The notes under the pieces: model-generated
Seen by the model: only the letters and a program-made list of their open reading frames with translations
What the model was told of the DNA's origin: nothing
Database searches by the model: none
Program-made: the position numbers and the translations under genes
Assembly: GCF_006345805.1 (NCBI RefSeq)
Contig: NC_042999.1
Location: 63,364,001-63,428,000, forward strand
DNA: 64,000 nt
Source of the DNA: Octopus sinensis
Taxonomy: Eukaryota
Direction: 5' to 3'
Shown here: in pieces, positions 12,135 through 24,225 of the stretch
Layout of the letters: each line of letters begins with the position of its first letter
Position numbering within the stretch: position 1 is the stretch's first letter

Positions 12135-12300
12135 CATCATCAACATCAACATTTAACGTCTGTTTTCCATGCTGGCATAGGTTGGATGCCTTTGGAACCA
12201 TGAGGCCAGGGACTGTACCAGGTTCTGTTTTCTGACTTGGCTAGGTTACTATGGCCAAATGCCCTTCCTAATGCCAACCACTCCACATGTCTATGTTCAC
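12135..12300 (-). mobile_element. Degenerate RTE-type tail
   Basis: (CAT)n TTTAACGTCTGTTTTCCATGCTGGCAT..ATGCCCTTCCTAATGCCAACCACTCC. Confidence 0.7.
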
Positions 12301-13060
12301 TTCCAAACCACATGATATACTGACTGGGTAGATAACTGCTCCATGAGGGAAGCAAAGCTAGATTAATGGACTGAACAGTTTTATCCTAATGAGAATTGTC
12401 AACAATGCACCTCCATGGAACAAGGGCTTCTTTCAGTTTCTCTCTACTGAGAAGCTTTGGCCTGCCCAAAGACACCTTTACAGGGTACCATGTTGTGGGA
12501 CTGAATCTGAAAACATGTAGCTGAGAATTTTTCAACACATAGCCACACCTGTGCCTATGGTGTAGACCCTAGAATTTTATTATATGTCCCCTTTTTTCTT
12601 TTGAGAAAATATTTTCACTTTTGTGTAATTTTCAAAAATTTAATTCAGATAAGACATTTTAATAAAATAATTGATAAATAATTGAAATTAAATAATTTAA
12701 GCAAGATTATATAATATGACACATTTCTTTTAAAAAATGGAAACCTATTTTTGAATGTTTTTTTTTTCAAATGATATCAATGATGGCAGGAATAAGATAA
12801 CGCATTAGATAAACAAACTTCTTTAAGAGTTCTTAATTAGTGTCACACTGTAAAATATGTTAACTCATTTTATTTCATTCACTAATAATGGATTCACTAT
12901 GAAGCAACAACAGAGCTTCTACAAAGTTGTTCAACTAGCTAGAAATAGTAGCCAAATCTCCCAAATCTAACCCTACCATCTTAGAATGTGCATGTGTATA
13001 TATATGTGTGTAATATTAAATAAATGACAAGGAACTGAAATTACATAATGAACTTCATCA

Positions 13061-13140
13061 GCTTACAGCTGTTTCTGCTATAGATGTAGTGCACTCAAAA
13101 TTAAGTGCTTGTGCATCACTTTATAGCTTCCTCAGATATT
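13061..13140 (-). ncRNA. Degenerate type-I hammerhead ribozyme
   Basis: CTGAGGA-A GCTATA..GCACTTA/TGAGTGC..TATAGC A-GAAAC AGCT GTA-AG; stem I largely lost. Confidence 0.55.
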
Positions 13141-13256
13141 CTATACATGGAACCACATGATTGCAAAACAAGTTTTCAACCACCTTGACCTCATATTCTT
13201 TCATTTTCATTAATTAGTACTAGGTAAGATATTTTTTCTGATTACTTAACAAAATA

Positions 13257-13656
13257 GGCGTAGGAGTGGCTGTGTGGTAAGTAGCTTGATTACGAACTAC
13301 ATGGTTCCAGGTTCAGTCCCACTGCATGGCACCTTGCGCAAGTGTCTTCAACTATAGCCTCGGGCCAACCAAAGCCTTGTGAGTGGATTTGGTAGACGGA
13401 AACTGAAAGAAGCCTGTCATATATGTGTGTGTGTGTGTGTGTGTGTATGTTTGTGTATCTGTGTTTGTTCCCTCAACATCACTTGACAACTAATGCTGGT
13501 GTGTTTACATCCCCGTCACTTAGCGGTTCGGCAAAAGAGAGCGATAGAACAAGTACTAGGCTTACAAAGAATAAGTCCTGCGGTCGATGTGCTTGACTAA
13601 AGGCGGTGCTCCAGCATGGCCACAGCCAAATGACTGAAACAAGTAAAAGAGTAAAA
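13257..13656 (+). mobile_element. tRNA-derived SINE, family A
   Basis: Head GGCGTAGGAGTGGCTGTGTGG..GGTTCAGTCCC (A/B-box-like), core ACCTTGGGCAAGTG-like, internal (TG)n, tail CAAGTAAAAGAG. Confidence 0.9.
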
Positions 13657-15470
13657 TAAAGTGTTTGTATTTTTCATACAGTATTACTTTATTATTCTAC
13701 ATATAATATTAAACATTTTTACATTGCTTTGAAATGTAATCAATTGTCATTGAAATTTAGGCCTCAATGTAAAAAAATGAGAGTAAATTATGTTGAATTA
13801 AAATGCATTGAATTGAATTGAATTATTTATTCTCTTGAGTAAATAATAACATTTATTTGATAAATATTTTAAATCCTCTAACTACACTAACTGTGTTAAA
13901 GTTAGAATTTTTCTGTCCATTCGTTACTTATTGTGAAGGAACATTAAACTTACCTATTGTAAACACAGACACGACTGTGTGGTAAGAAGTTTGTTTCTCA
14001 ACCACATGTTTCCAGGTTCAATCTTACTGTAAGGCACCTTTGACAAATGTCTTCTAATAGAGCCTCAGTCCAACCAGGTGACTTGTGAGTGGGTTTAATA
14101 GACAGAAACTGAAACAAGCCCATTGTATGTATTACAGCCAGATTAAGACCAATAGAGATCCAAAGCACATAAAGGATTTTGGTGTTCCCATATATTTGTA
14201 ATTAAAGATATAAACAATAAAATAAATTTTTATTTTTCAAAACGAAACAAAACATAGGTGCAGAAGTGGCTGTGTGGTAAGTAGCTTGTTTACCAACCAC
14301 ATGGTTCTGGGTTCAGTCCCACTGCGTGGCACCGTGGGCAAGTGTCTTCTACTAGAGCCTCAGGCCGACCAAAGCCTTGTGAGTGGATTTGGTAGAAGGA
14401 AACTGAAAGAAGCCTGTCGTATATATGTATATATATATATATGCGTGTGTGTTTGTGTGTGTATGTTTGTGTATCTGTGTTTGTTCCCTCAACATCACTT
14501 GACAACTAATGCTGGTGTGTTTACATCCCCGTCACTTAGCGGTTCGGCAAAAGAGAGCGATAGAACAAGTACTAGGCTTACAAAGAATAAGTCCTGCGGT
14601 CGATGTGCTTGACTAAAGGCGGTGCTCCAGCATGGCCACAGCCAAATGACTGAAACAAGTAAAAGAGTAAAATAAAGTGTTTGTATTTTTCATACAGTAT
14701 TACTTTATTATTCTACATATAATATTAAACATTTTTACATTGCTTTGAAATGTAATCAATTGTCATTGAAATTTAGGCCTCAATGTAAAAAAATGAGAGT
14801 AAATTATGTTGAATAAAATGCATTGAATTGAATTGAATTATTTATTCTCTTGAGTAAATAATAACATTTATTGATAAATATTTTAAATCCTCTAACTACA
14901 CTAACTGTGTTAAAGTTAGAATTTTTCTGTCCATTCGTACTTATTGTGAAGGAACATTAAACTTACCTATTGTAAACACAGACACGACTGTGTGGTAAGA
15001 AGTTTGTTTCTCAACCACATGTTTCCAGGTTCAATCTTACTGTAAGGCACCTTTGACAAATGTCTTCTAATAGAGCCTCAGTCCAACCAGGTGACTTGTG
15101 AGTGGGTTTAATAGACAGAAACTGAAACAAGCCCATTGTATGTATTACAGCCAGATTAAGACCAATAGAGATCCAAAGCACATAAAGGATTTTGGTGTTC
15201 CCATATATTTGTAATTAAAGATATAAACAATAAAATAAATTTTTATTTTTCAAAACGAAACAAAACATAGGTGCAGAAGTGGCTGTGTGGTAAGTAGCTT
15301 GTTTACCAACCACATGGTTCTGGGTTCAGTCCCACTGCGTGGCACCGTGGGCAAGTGTCTTCTACTAGAGCCTCAGGCCGACCAAAGCCTTGTGAGTGGA
15401 TTTGGTAGAAGGAAACTGAAAGAAGCCTGTCGTATATATGTATATATATATATATGCGTGTGTGTTTGTG
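13435..15470. repeat. 1013-bp direct tandem duplication
   Basis: 13435-14455 is nearly identical to 14456-15470; SINE heads at 14257 and 15270 are 1013 bp apart. Confidence 0.95.
14257..14670 (+). mobile_element. Family-A SINE, chimeric junction copy
   Basis: 5' half matches the 15270 copy; 3' half matches the 13257 copy. Confidence 0.9.
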
Positions 15471-15670
15471 TGTCTGTGTTTGTCCCCCTAGCATTGCTTG
15501 ACAACCGATGCTGGTGTGTTATGTCCCCATTACTTAGCGGTTCGGTAAAAGAGACCGATAGAATAAGTACTGGGCTTACAAAAGAATAAGTCCCGGGGTC
15601 GAGTTGCTCGATTAAAGGCGGTGCTCCAGCATGACCGCAGTCAAATGACTGAAGCAAGTAAAAGAGTAAA
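15270..15670 (+). mobile_element. Family-A SINE
   Basis: Same head, core and tail as 13257-13656. Confidence 0.9.
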
Positions 15671-16375
15671 ACTAGCAGTAAGATGGAAAATAATGTTTAT
15701 TTTTGTATAATTCTGCTTTATTTATATTTGGAAAGTTTTCTACTTTTTTTACAATTGCAGTCTTTGAGCAGATCCTCAAAATTAATCTGACATAACACAT
15801 CTGCTTCTGTATTTAGTAGAGATAATGCATTCAGCCTGCTTTGATGCATTATTGTTCTGATGGGATTTTTAATATAATTCAACTGAGAAAATGAACAATC
15901 AGCTGAGCAACTTGTGTCAGCTTCCATCTACCAAATACAGTCACAAGGCTTTGGTCAGCCCAGGGCTAGAGCAGAAGACACTTGTCCAGTGTGCCATGCA
16001 ATGAGACTGAACTCAGAACTATGTTATTGGGAAGCAAACTTCTTACCACACAGACACACTTGTGCCTACATATTGATAACAGATATTTCCCCACTATGGC
16101 ACTAGGACAGGAATGTGTTAGGAAAGAGTAGAGTCGTTTTCATTTTATTTTGTGGTTTTTTTGTCACCAGAAGATGACAGGAGCAGTACTCATGACCTTT
16201 GCAGGGTCTCTCAGACTTGTGTGACAGAAACAGACAGACAGACAGACAGATAGCTAGATAGACAAACAGACAGACAAACAGACAGACAGATAGATAGACA
16301 AACAGACATATAGACAGACAGACAAACAGACAGACATATAGATAGATAGATAGATAGATAGATAGACAGACAGAT

Positions 16376-16410
<35 letters not shown>

Positions 16411-16487
16411 TAGATAGACAAACAGACAGACAAATAGATAGGCAAACAGACAGACAAGCAGATAGATAGGCAAACAGACAGACAGAT

Positions 16488-16526
<39 letters not shown>

Positions 16527-16687
16527 AGTCACGAGTTGGTGTAGTGGGAAGCCAGTTTGAGGATCTGCTCAAAGACTGCAATTGTAAAAAAAGTAGAAAA
16601 CTTTCCAAATATAAATAAAGCAGAATTATACAAAAATAAACATTATTTTCCATCTTACTGCTAGTTTTACTCTTTTACTTGCTTCAG
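15649..16687. repeat. Perfect 132-bp inverted repeat (15649-15780 / 16556-16687)
   Basis: Base-by-base reverse-complement match; the spacer holds a SINE fragment and (GACA/GATA/GA)n. Confidence 0.95.
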
Positions 16688-17089
16688 ACTAGAGATTTGG
16701 TCCACGTGCTTCTAACAGAGGAGACTGCCAAAGACACTCCAAAGAAAGTCCAGTCTAGGTAATGGTGCCAAACTGAGCAAGGAATTATGTTAATAGAATG
16801 GACCTAATTAGCATATATAGCTTTTGCTTAATTTATTGTGCGTTATCATTAAACATCAGAAGACATTTTGTTTGAACTCTTTAAGTAAAATAACAATGAA
16901 TGTTTAGATGCATCACAAGGTCACAGATTTTGAGGAAAGGTACAGGCCATCATGTCAGACCCAGAAGGATGGAAAACAAAGTAGGACTCATTGAGATTTG
17001 AACCCATAATATAAAATTACATGTCTAAATATTGTGAGGTATTACGTCCAGGGTTTTACCAATTCTGTTCGCTGCTACTCATTTGATGA

Positions 17090-17277
17090 CAATAATGAGA
17101 TGATGATGATGATGATGATGATGACGGTGACAGTGGTGGAGTTGATGGCGATGACAGTGATGATAATGATGGTGATGATGACGGTGATGATAATGATGGT
17201 GATGATGATGATGATGGTGGTGGTGGTGGAGTTGATGGCGATGACGGTGATGATAATGATGGTGATGATGATGATTC
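17090..17277. repeat. Compound (GAT/GGT/GAC)n trinucleotide repeat with internal duplication
   Basis: Block GGTGGAGTTGATGGCGATGAC..GATGATAATGATGGTGATG occurs twice. Confidence 0.9.
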
Positions 17278-17904
17278 CTTACAGAGGCAAACCGACATAA
17301 TAATAAACACCTTACTTATACCTAAAACCTTATACCATTCCAGTTGTTCTATCTAGAATATCAGACATGATCCAATGAAATATTTGGGCTATCAACATAT
17401 TGCACACACAACGCAACACTCACAACACACACACGCACACACACAAAACACATACACATACATACACATCCTGTAAAGCAAAAAAAAAAAAAGGAAAAAA
17501 ATATAAGATTATAAAATAGGTTCAGCTAGAAAATATTTAACTGAAAAACATTTGGCCTTCAGCAAAATATTTTTTGGAGATGAGGAATCAGACTGGTTTT
17601 ATTTATTTGTTTTTGGAGCCAAATATTTCTGATATTTCAAATTCAGAAGAACTTTCTCAGTCTTGAGAAAAAATAAGTAATTTTCAATGAAAACAGAAAA
17701 AATTATCTGCAACAATTTGCATTAAATTTTAATTAGGTTATCTTACAGTTTCAGTTACTGGAAAAAAACTATCTCACCCATCTACCTATCTTGCTTTCTA
17801 AAATGTCTTTTCTATTTAAATAATCAGAGTAAATGTTTTAAATTTATACTGCTGCTCCTTCAAACTACTCCTGGTCTGGCCAAATAAATAAGGGAGTCTC
17901 TAAG

Positions 17905-18085
17905 TGGCTATTTATTTTGCAAGAAGTAGCAAGTAAATTTCCTTCAAATCACACCCCACCGTCTTAAAAAATAACATTGAATAATGTTTGTTTAAATACA
18001 ATATGTGGTAGTCATGGCTGGAATGCTTCTGATTATAGGCATGTTTAATCCAGACTGATCTATGAATAATGAACAACAATAACTC
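17905..18085 (+). repeat. Dispersed SINE-like repeat with (AAC)n tail, family C
   Basis: Motifs CTAGAAATAGC..CAAATCACACCC and CATGGCTGGAATG recur near 12940, 19300, 20180, 21170, 29090, 40600, 56990 and 58700. Confidence 0.6.
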
Positions 18086-18739
18086 CAGGTTTGGCTGTTA
18101 TTCAAGCACTCCAAAAATAGGCATATTTTCTCTTGGTGAGGAGTTCAGGGGTAGCAGCCAATGGCTGTACAATAAGGTAGGATCTGTGTCTATGACCTCA
18201 AAAGTGAGCAGTCTTCATACTGTTTCTAGAAACAGTTGTAGGGACAACTTGCTCTGTAGACTTTGTTTCTTATATTGGGTCAGTTATTAAATGAGAACTG
18301 TCAATATGAAGGAAGCATGTAAAAATCTCATCTAATTTATGGCCAGCAGATTGGGAGAATTCATAATACCAGTTGAGAAACAGACAAAATTCATTACATC
18401 ATTTAATTAATCCAACCTTTCTCTATGTTCTCATTTCATATCTCATTGGGTAATTAAAATAAATACCAAAGTACAAGCAGTTATGTAACTGTTGGAGTCG
18501 AGGAAGGTCCACTCCAGTCAATACTTTTTACTGGGGTAACACTTTTGGGTTTTCTGTATAAGTCTATATAGGCTTGAGGGCCCTGGGTGGAAGGTGGTAG
18601 GGGAAAACTGAAAGACTGTTTCTGACAGTGTACACTCTAGCTAGCCACTGTGTACAAGTACAATGGAAATTAAATGGATTATACCTTTGTATGCCATACC
18701 CTTGAACAACCTTAATCCAATGGACTAAAACCAATAATA

Positions 18740-18950
18740 TATCATCATCATCATCATCATTTAACATCTGCTTTCCATGCTGGCATGGGTTGGACGATTT
18801 GACTGAGGACTGGCGAACCAGATGGCTGCGCCAAGCTCCAATATGATCTGGCAGAATTTCTACAGTTGGATGCCCTTCCTAACGCCAACCACTCTGAGAG
18901 TGTAGTGGGTGCTTTTATGTGCCACCGACACGAGGGCAAGTCAGGCGGTC
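18740..18950 (-). mobile_element. RTE-type 3' tail fragment
   Basis: (CAT)n TTTAACATCTGCTTTCCATGC..GGATGCCCTTCCTAACGCCAACC. Confidence 0.85.
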
Positions 18951-19124
18951 TCAATCATTTAACTGCAGCCAAGCTGATGGTGATGAACAAGAACTGTTCA
19001 GATCAGTAAAAACTGTGTCTCAAAGACAAGATTTCCTCCTCTAAACTAGAAAATACTTACGATCTGTTGAATTTGAAAATCTACAAATCTCAAGTAAACT
19101 TTAGATTCTTCTTCATATTTTTTT

Positions 19125-19850
19125 CTTTGCTCTAGATCCTCCTGCACTGCTCAGCATATTGGGCAGCAAGGTTTCACCATCAAGCTCAGTGGCTGCCACA
19201 TTTGTACATCTATTCTACATAATGTCAACTGTCTTCAAGTCAACGTGAAATATTTGCCCCCAGGTGGTCTTCAGCTTGCCCCTGTGCATGGTCACCCAAC
19301 CTGCTAGAAATAGCACCCAAATTTCACTCAAATCACACCCTTCTATCCTAGAAAAGAAAACACTGCATAATGTCTTGGGTTCCCTGCTCTGAGGAAAATA
19401 CAAGATGGGCATGGCTGGAATGACCTTGAAGATAGGACAGCTTAATCATGGCTACCCTGGGTGCTAATCAACAACAGCAACAACTTACACTTATTAAGAG
19501 ACAATATTTGCCCTCAGGTGGTCTTCAGCTTGCCCCTGTTACACCTGCTGACAAGTGGTATCCAAGTGGTGACTGTTTTTGCATGCTATTGATTGATTAG
19601 ACAGAGAATATTGCCAGACTGGCAGAATCAGTACTCAGCTATGATCTCTTGCAGTAGACATGACTTCAATCTTTTCAGAATCTCCTTCTTTGTGACACAA
19701 TCCTAACAGTGAACCCTCAGAATCTTTCTGAGGCACATTTCATGGAAATTATTCAGTTTCCTATCCACCTTTACTGCATTTTTTCAAGTCTTGTTGGCAT
19801 AGACTGTAATTCTGAACGATAGAGTTATATAGGTGAAATGTCACATCAGT
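19125..19850 (-). mobile_element. Old RTE LINE ORF C-terminus interrupted by a 217-bp insertion
   Basis: Reads RKLNNFHEMCLRKILRVHC*DCVTKKEILKR..TWIPLVSRCNRGKLKTT|WGQIFHVDLKTVD, matching RTE RCLR.IL..W.D.VTN and R.RGRP..TW motifs. Confidence 0.75.
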
Positions 19851-21485
19851 GCCCAGATTGGAGTGCTGCTTAATATATAAAAGCCAATCAGCAGACTGGC
19901 AAAGATTCCTTCATCAGCTGCCACTGTTGGTTCACAGATATGCTTCATTGTTCTGCCTCGTTTATCACTGCTGCTTTTCTCTCTGAAATTGTAAACAATA
20001 CACCTACTCCCCCTGCCCCTGGCCCACTCAATGCTTCAACCTCTTTTCCTTACATCATCTTTACTTTTCCTTGCATCATCTTTACTTTTCCAGTCCTTCT
20101 CATAACTGTTTATGTTTATATAGATCTTTTGGAGATTGTCAAGAACTATGAAGGAAACCTGTGCATGGTCACCCAATCTGCTAGAAATAGCACCCAAATT
20201 TCACTCGAATCACACCCTTCTATCCTAGAAAAGAAAACACTGGATAATGTCTTGGGTTCCCTGCTCAGAATAAAATGCAGGATGGGCATGGCTGGAATGA
20301 CCTTGAAGATAGGACAGCTTAACCATGGCTACCCTGGGGGCTAATCAATAACAGCAACAACTTAAACTTACTAAGAGACAAATGCTAATTAACAGCTAAT
20401 TATAGTTTGTTGATAATCTAAAGATTAGTGAAAGCTGACATAAACATGCTTGTTAGCAATTCACATTCCAAATAACTCTCACTGAAACACACACACAAAT
20501 AAATGTAGTGTGTGTGTGTGTGTGTGTGTAATCACTAAGTTTGTGAAGCAAAGTTCTGGAGTGCTGACTACATGGTTATGAGTTCAACATTGCTGTGATT
20601 TATGCCAAGATAAACGTACATTTTTCTACTTGTTGCAAAATAGAGACTACAAGAAACGGCGGTGGTCTGCATCAGCAAAAATTCTACAGTAAAACTGTGA
20701 AGTTTTGGATATGTTTGTATGCCATAGGGAGTAAAATAATCTGACATTCCTAAACTGAACCTTTGTTTGAGAGAAAAGAATTTGCTGAAGTTGTTTGTAT
20801 TGCTGAAAATATTTTCTGTTCTTACTTCATGGTTGAATGAATAAAGGTTGGAAATGCAACCAGCCATGAAAATATTTCTTCCAACAATATGCAAATCTCC
20901 AAAGTTAGAGCAAAAAGTACAAACAAACAAAAATTGCAAACAACTATTTTTGCTAAGTGAGAGAATGTACAACAGAAATACACAAGAACTGAAAGTCTGC
21001 TGAGAAAGAGTCCATTATTTCTGTTAATATCCAAGAAATTTTCTAACCACACACACAGATTAGGAATTTTTTTTTCTTTTATCAAGAGAAGCCATAGTAA
21101 TTTTTGTCTATTACATAGGTGTTACCAATTGGGAATATACCAGAGGGAGTTTCACTGAGCTTGCTCAACTTTCTAGAGAAAGTAGCTAAATCTTATGCAA
21201 ATCATACAAGCTTTTTTTTTAAAAAAAGAGGAAAGTGCAAAATACATTATACAATGTATTTCTATATACAACTAAAAATGACAAGATAGTCATAACTGGA
21301 ATACTTTTGACCATAAGTTAGCGTTGTCAGATGCTTACTTCGCAACAACATGGATTCAGGTTCAGTCCCACTGCAGGGTACCTTGAGAAAGTGTCATCTA
21401 CTATAGTCTAAACCCAGCCAAATCCTTGTGAGCGGATTTCGTAGATGGAAACTAAAGGAAGTCCATTGTGTGTGTATATATATAG

Positions 21486-21891
21486 ATTCTCTTTCTCTTT
21501 TACTTGTTTCAGTCATTTGACTGTGGCCATGCTGGAGCACTGCCTTTAGTTGAGCAAACTGACCCTAGGACTTATTTTTTGGAAGCCTAGTACTTATTCT
21601 CGCGTTCTCTTTTGCCGAACTGCTAAGATACAGGGACGTAAACACACCAGCATTGGTTGTCAAGCAATGTTGGGGGGATAAACAAAGACACACAAACATA
21701 TACATACACACACACACACTTATATATATATAGGATGAGCTTCTTTCAGTTTCTGTCTATCAAATCCACTCACAAAGCTTTGGTCGGCCTGAGGCTATAG
21801 TAGAAGACACTTGCCCAAAGTGCCATGCAGTGGGACTGAACCCGGAACAATGTGGTTGGTAAGCAAGCTACTTACAACACAGCCACTCATG
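21486..21891 (-). mobile_element. Family-A SINE, preceded by a + strand partial copy at 21335-21470
   Basis: Reverse complement of the family-A tail, core and head. Confidence 0.85.
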
Positions 21892-21973
21892 ATATATATA
21901 TATAGAATTATTTTTTCGTAATGAGATAAAAAAACCAAGGCTGTGTAGGTTTTAGAACATTTATAGATAGAAG

Positions 21974-22021
21974 GTCTTACAGCTGTTTCCAGGATATTTA
22001 TTATATCCCTTCATCGGAGGT
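21974..22021 (-). ncRNA. Hammerhead motif with CCGA core, in a PLE pseudo-LTR-like repeat (21905-22050)
   Basis: CCT-CCGATGA-A GGGATAT AATAA ATATCCT G-GAAAC AGCT GTA-AGAC; same family as 60006-60259. Confidence 0.6.
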
Positions 22022-22504
22022 GGTGTGAGATGGTTAAGTAATAGTTAATTTAAATAAGGTACAAAATAGAGAGTGAGATGGAGGAAAGAAAATAGATGTG
22101 AGATATGTAGGATATTATATTTGTAGATCCATTTTTTAGGCAGAATGGTATACATATAAGATTCCAATACCTTATGAATAAAATCCAAAGTTTGCCAACA
22201 GAATGTGGTAGTCCCAGGAAAACATTTTTTCTAACTGGCTATCGACACAGTTTGTGTCCGTATAACATTTGCACGAGAGGTCATTGCTCTCATCTCTAGC
22301 CTTACGTGATACTCACAGACCTAGGTTTCTGGGTGGTTACTCGTCCTCAGTATGAGACAAACACAAGCTAGTGATGAAAGCTCTCCCCTCACAAATATTG
22401 TATATTCTTTAAGTGACACACAGTTGCTGATCTCATATAGAGAAAAAAAACTTGTTTTAACTTTCTGAGTGAGAGATATAGTAAAGTTTATACATATATA
22501 TACA

Positions 22505-22583
22505 TACTCCCGGTCTGGGAATTGAAACTGCGATCCTACGACCGTGAGTCCACTGTCCTAACCACTAGGCCATTGTGCCTCCA
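22505..22583 (-). mobile_element. tRNA-Arg-like SINE head, family B
   Basis: Reverse complement GTGGAGGCACAATGGCCTAGTGGTTAGGACAGTGGACTCACGGTCGTAGGATCGCAGTTTCAATTCCCAGACCGGG. Confidence 0.8.
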
Positions 22584-22661
22584 CCTTTTATATATATACT
22601 GTTCAGTATCTACACATTGAATAAAATTTATCTTTCTGCTTGTTATATATATAAAGTGTAA

Positions 22662-23789
22662 CTGCAAGAATAAGAATAGCCTGGGCAAAGTTTAGGGAGC
22701 TCTTACCTCTGCTGGTGACTAAAGGCCTCTCGCTCAGAGTAAAAGGCAGACTGTATGATGCATGTGTACGAACAGCCATGCTACATGGCAGTGAAACATG
22801 GGCCGTGACTGCTGAGGACATGCGTAAGCTCGTGAGGAATGAAGCCAGTATGCTCCGATGGATGTGTAATGTCAGTGTACTTACTCGACAGAGCGTTAGT
22901 ACCTTGAGAGAAATGTTGTACCTAAGAAGCATCAGTTGTGGTGTGCAAGAGAGACGATTGCGCTGGTATGGTCATGTGGCGAGAATGGATGAAGATAGGT
23001 GTGTGAGAAAGTGCCAATCCCTAGCAGTTGAGGGAACCTGTGGAAGAGGTAGACCCAGGAAAACCTGGGACGAGGTGGTGAAGCACGACCTTCGAACGTT
23101 AGGTCTCACCATGGAAATGACTATGGAAGTATGCTGTGCGTGAGAAGACCCGGCAAGACTAGTGAAGCCATAACCCGTGGCCCCTACCTGGGACATAGTC
23201 AGTCCACCTGTGCATACCTTCCTTCTTGTGACACTTGTGAAGACCTGCTGAGGCAAGTGAAAATCAATCAAATCAAATCAAATCAAATCAAACCAAATCA
23301 AAATAGATGAACATCAATGGAATTTGTATCCTTGTGGTACCAGTGCCGGTGGGACATAAGAAAACCATCCGAGCGTGACCGTAGCCAGTACCGCATCGAC
23401 TGGCCTACGTGCTGAGGGCACGTAACAAACACCATCCGAGCGTGGCCGTTCGCCAGCCTCGTCTGGCACCTGTGTCGGTGGCACATAAAAACACCATCCG
23501 AGCGTGGCCGTCTGCCAGCCTCATCTGGCACCTGTGTCGGTGGCACATAAAAACACCATCCGAGCGTGGCCGTCTGCCAGCCTTGCCTGGCACCTGTGTC
23601 GGTGGCACATAAAATCACCCACTACACTCTCGGAGTGGTTGGCGTTAGGAAGGGCATCCAGCTGTAGAAACACTGCCAGATCTGACTGGCCTGGTGCAGC
23701 CTTCGAGCTTGCCAGACCCCAGTTGAACCGTCCAACCCATGCTAGCATGGAAAGCGGACGTTAAACGATGATGATGATGATGATGATGA

Positions 23790-23793
<4 letters not shown>
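22662..23793 (+). mobile_element. 5'-truncated RTE LINE: ORF end, complete 3'UTR, (GAT)n tail
   Basis: ORF 22715-23143 TKGLSLRVKGRLYDACVRTAMLHGSETW..ERRLRWYGHVARM..RGRPRKTWDEVVKHDL; about three 62-bp units in the UTR. Confidence 0.95.
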
Positions 23794-23834
<41 letters not shown>

Positions 23835-23880
23835 ATATATATGTGGAGGTGCAATGGCCCAGTGGTTAGGGCAGCGGACT

Positions 23881-24225
23881 CTTGTGACTGAGGAAGACCG
23901 TTGCTGACCTTCAGGAACATTGTGCGCTTTAGGACTAATTTATATTTTGCATTTGCAGTTCTGTTGGTGGTTAAAGAGCCCTGCTCTTGACGAGCATACA
24001 CGACTGCAAACATTGCAGACCAAGCCTTTCCCATTCACTACACCAGCAGTGTGCTTTTGAGCAGCATGCTTAACTTCTTCATGCAGAAAATGTACTCTCT
24101 CAAAAGTGTCGATCCCCTCCTTAACCTGCTTCCTCCATCTGTGGCCATGACAGGCATTGTTCTCCCCGTCAGTCTCCTGTATATCACAGGCCTTTAATGA
24201 GGACTTGACATTGTCCATAAAGCTT
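23881..24225 (-). mobile_element. RTE (BovB-like) ORF C-terminus with C2H2-like knuckle
   Basis: ORF 23940-24218 ..LKACDI..RWRKQVKEGIDTFE..LVCNVCSRVCSSRAGLFNHQQNC. Confidence 0.8.

Noticed and set aside
17090-17277. Asp/Gly-rich frame resembling an acidic biomineralisation protein
   Set aside because: Frame is preceded by stops, has no start or acceptor, and is explained by a (GAT)n compound repeat.
19870-20344. TATA plus CCAAT motif followed by a 134-aa ORF
   Set aside because: CCAAT lies downstream of the TATA, the ORF runs through pyrimidine-rich and family-C repeat sequence, and the protein has no recognisable features.
20568-20972. 134-aa minus-strand ORF in unique sequence
   Set aside because: No recognisable motif or splice context; length plausible by chance across six frames.
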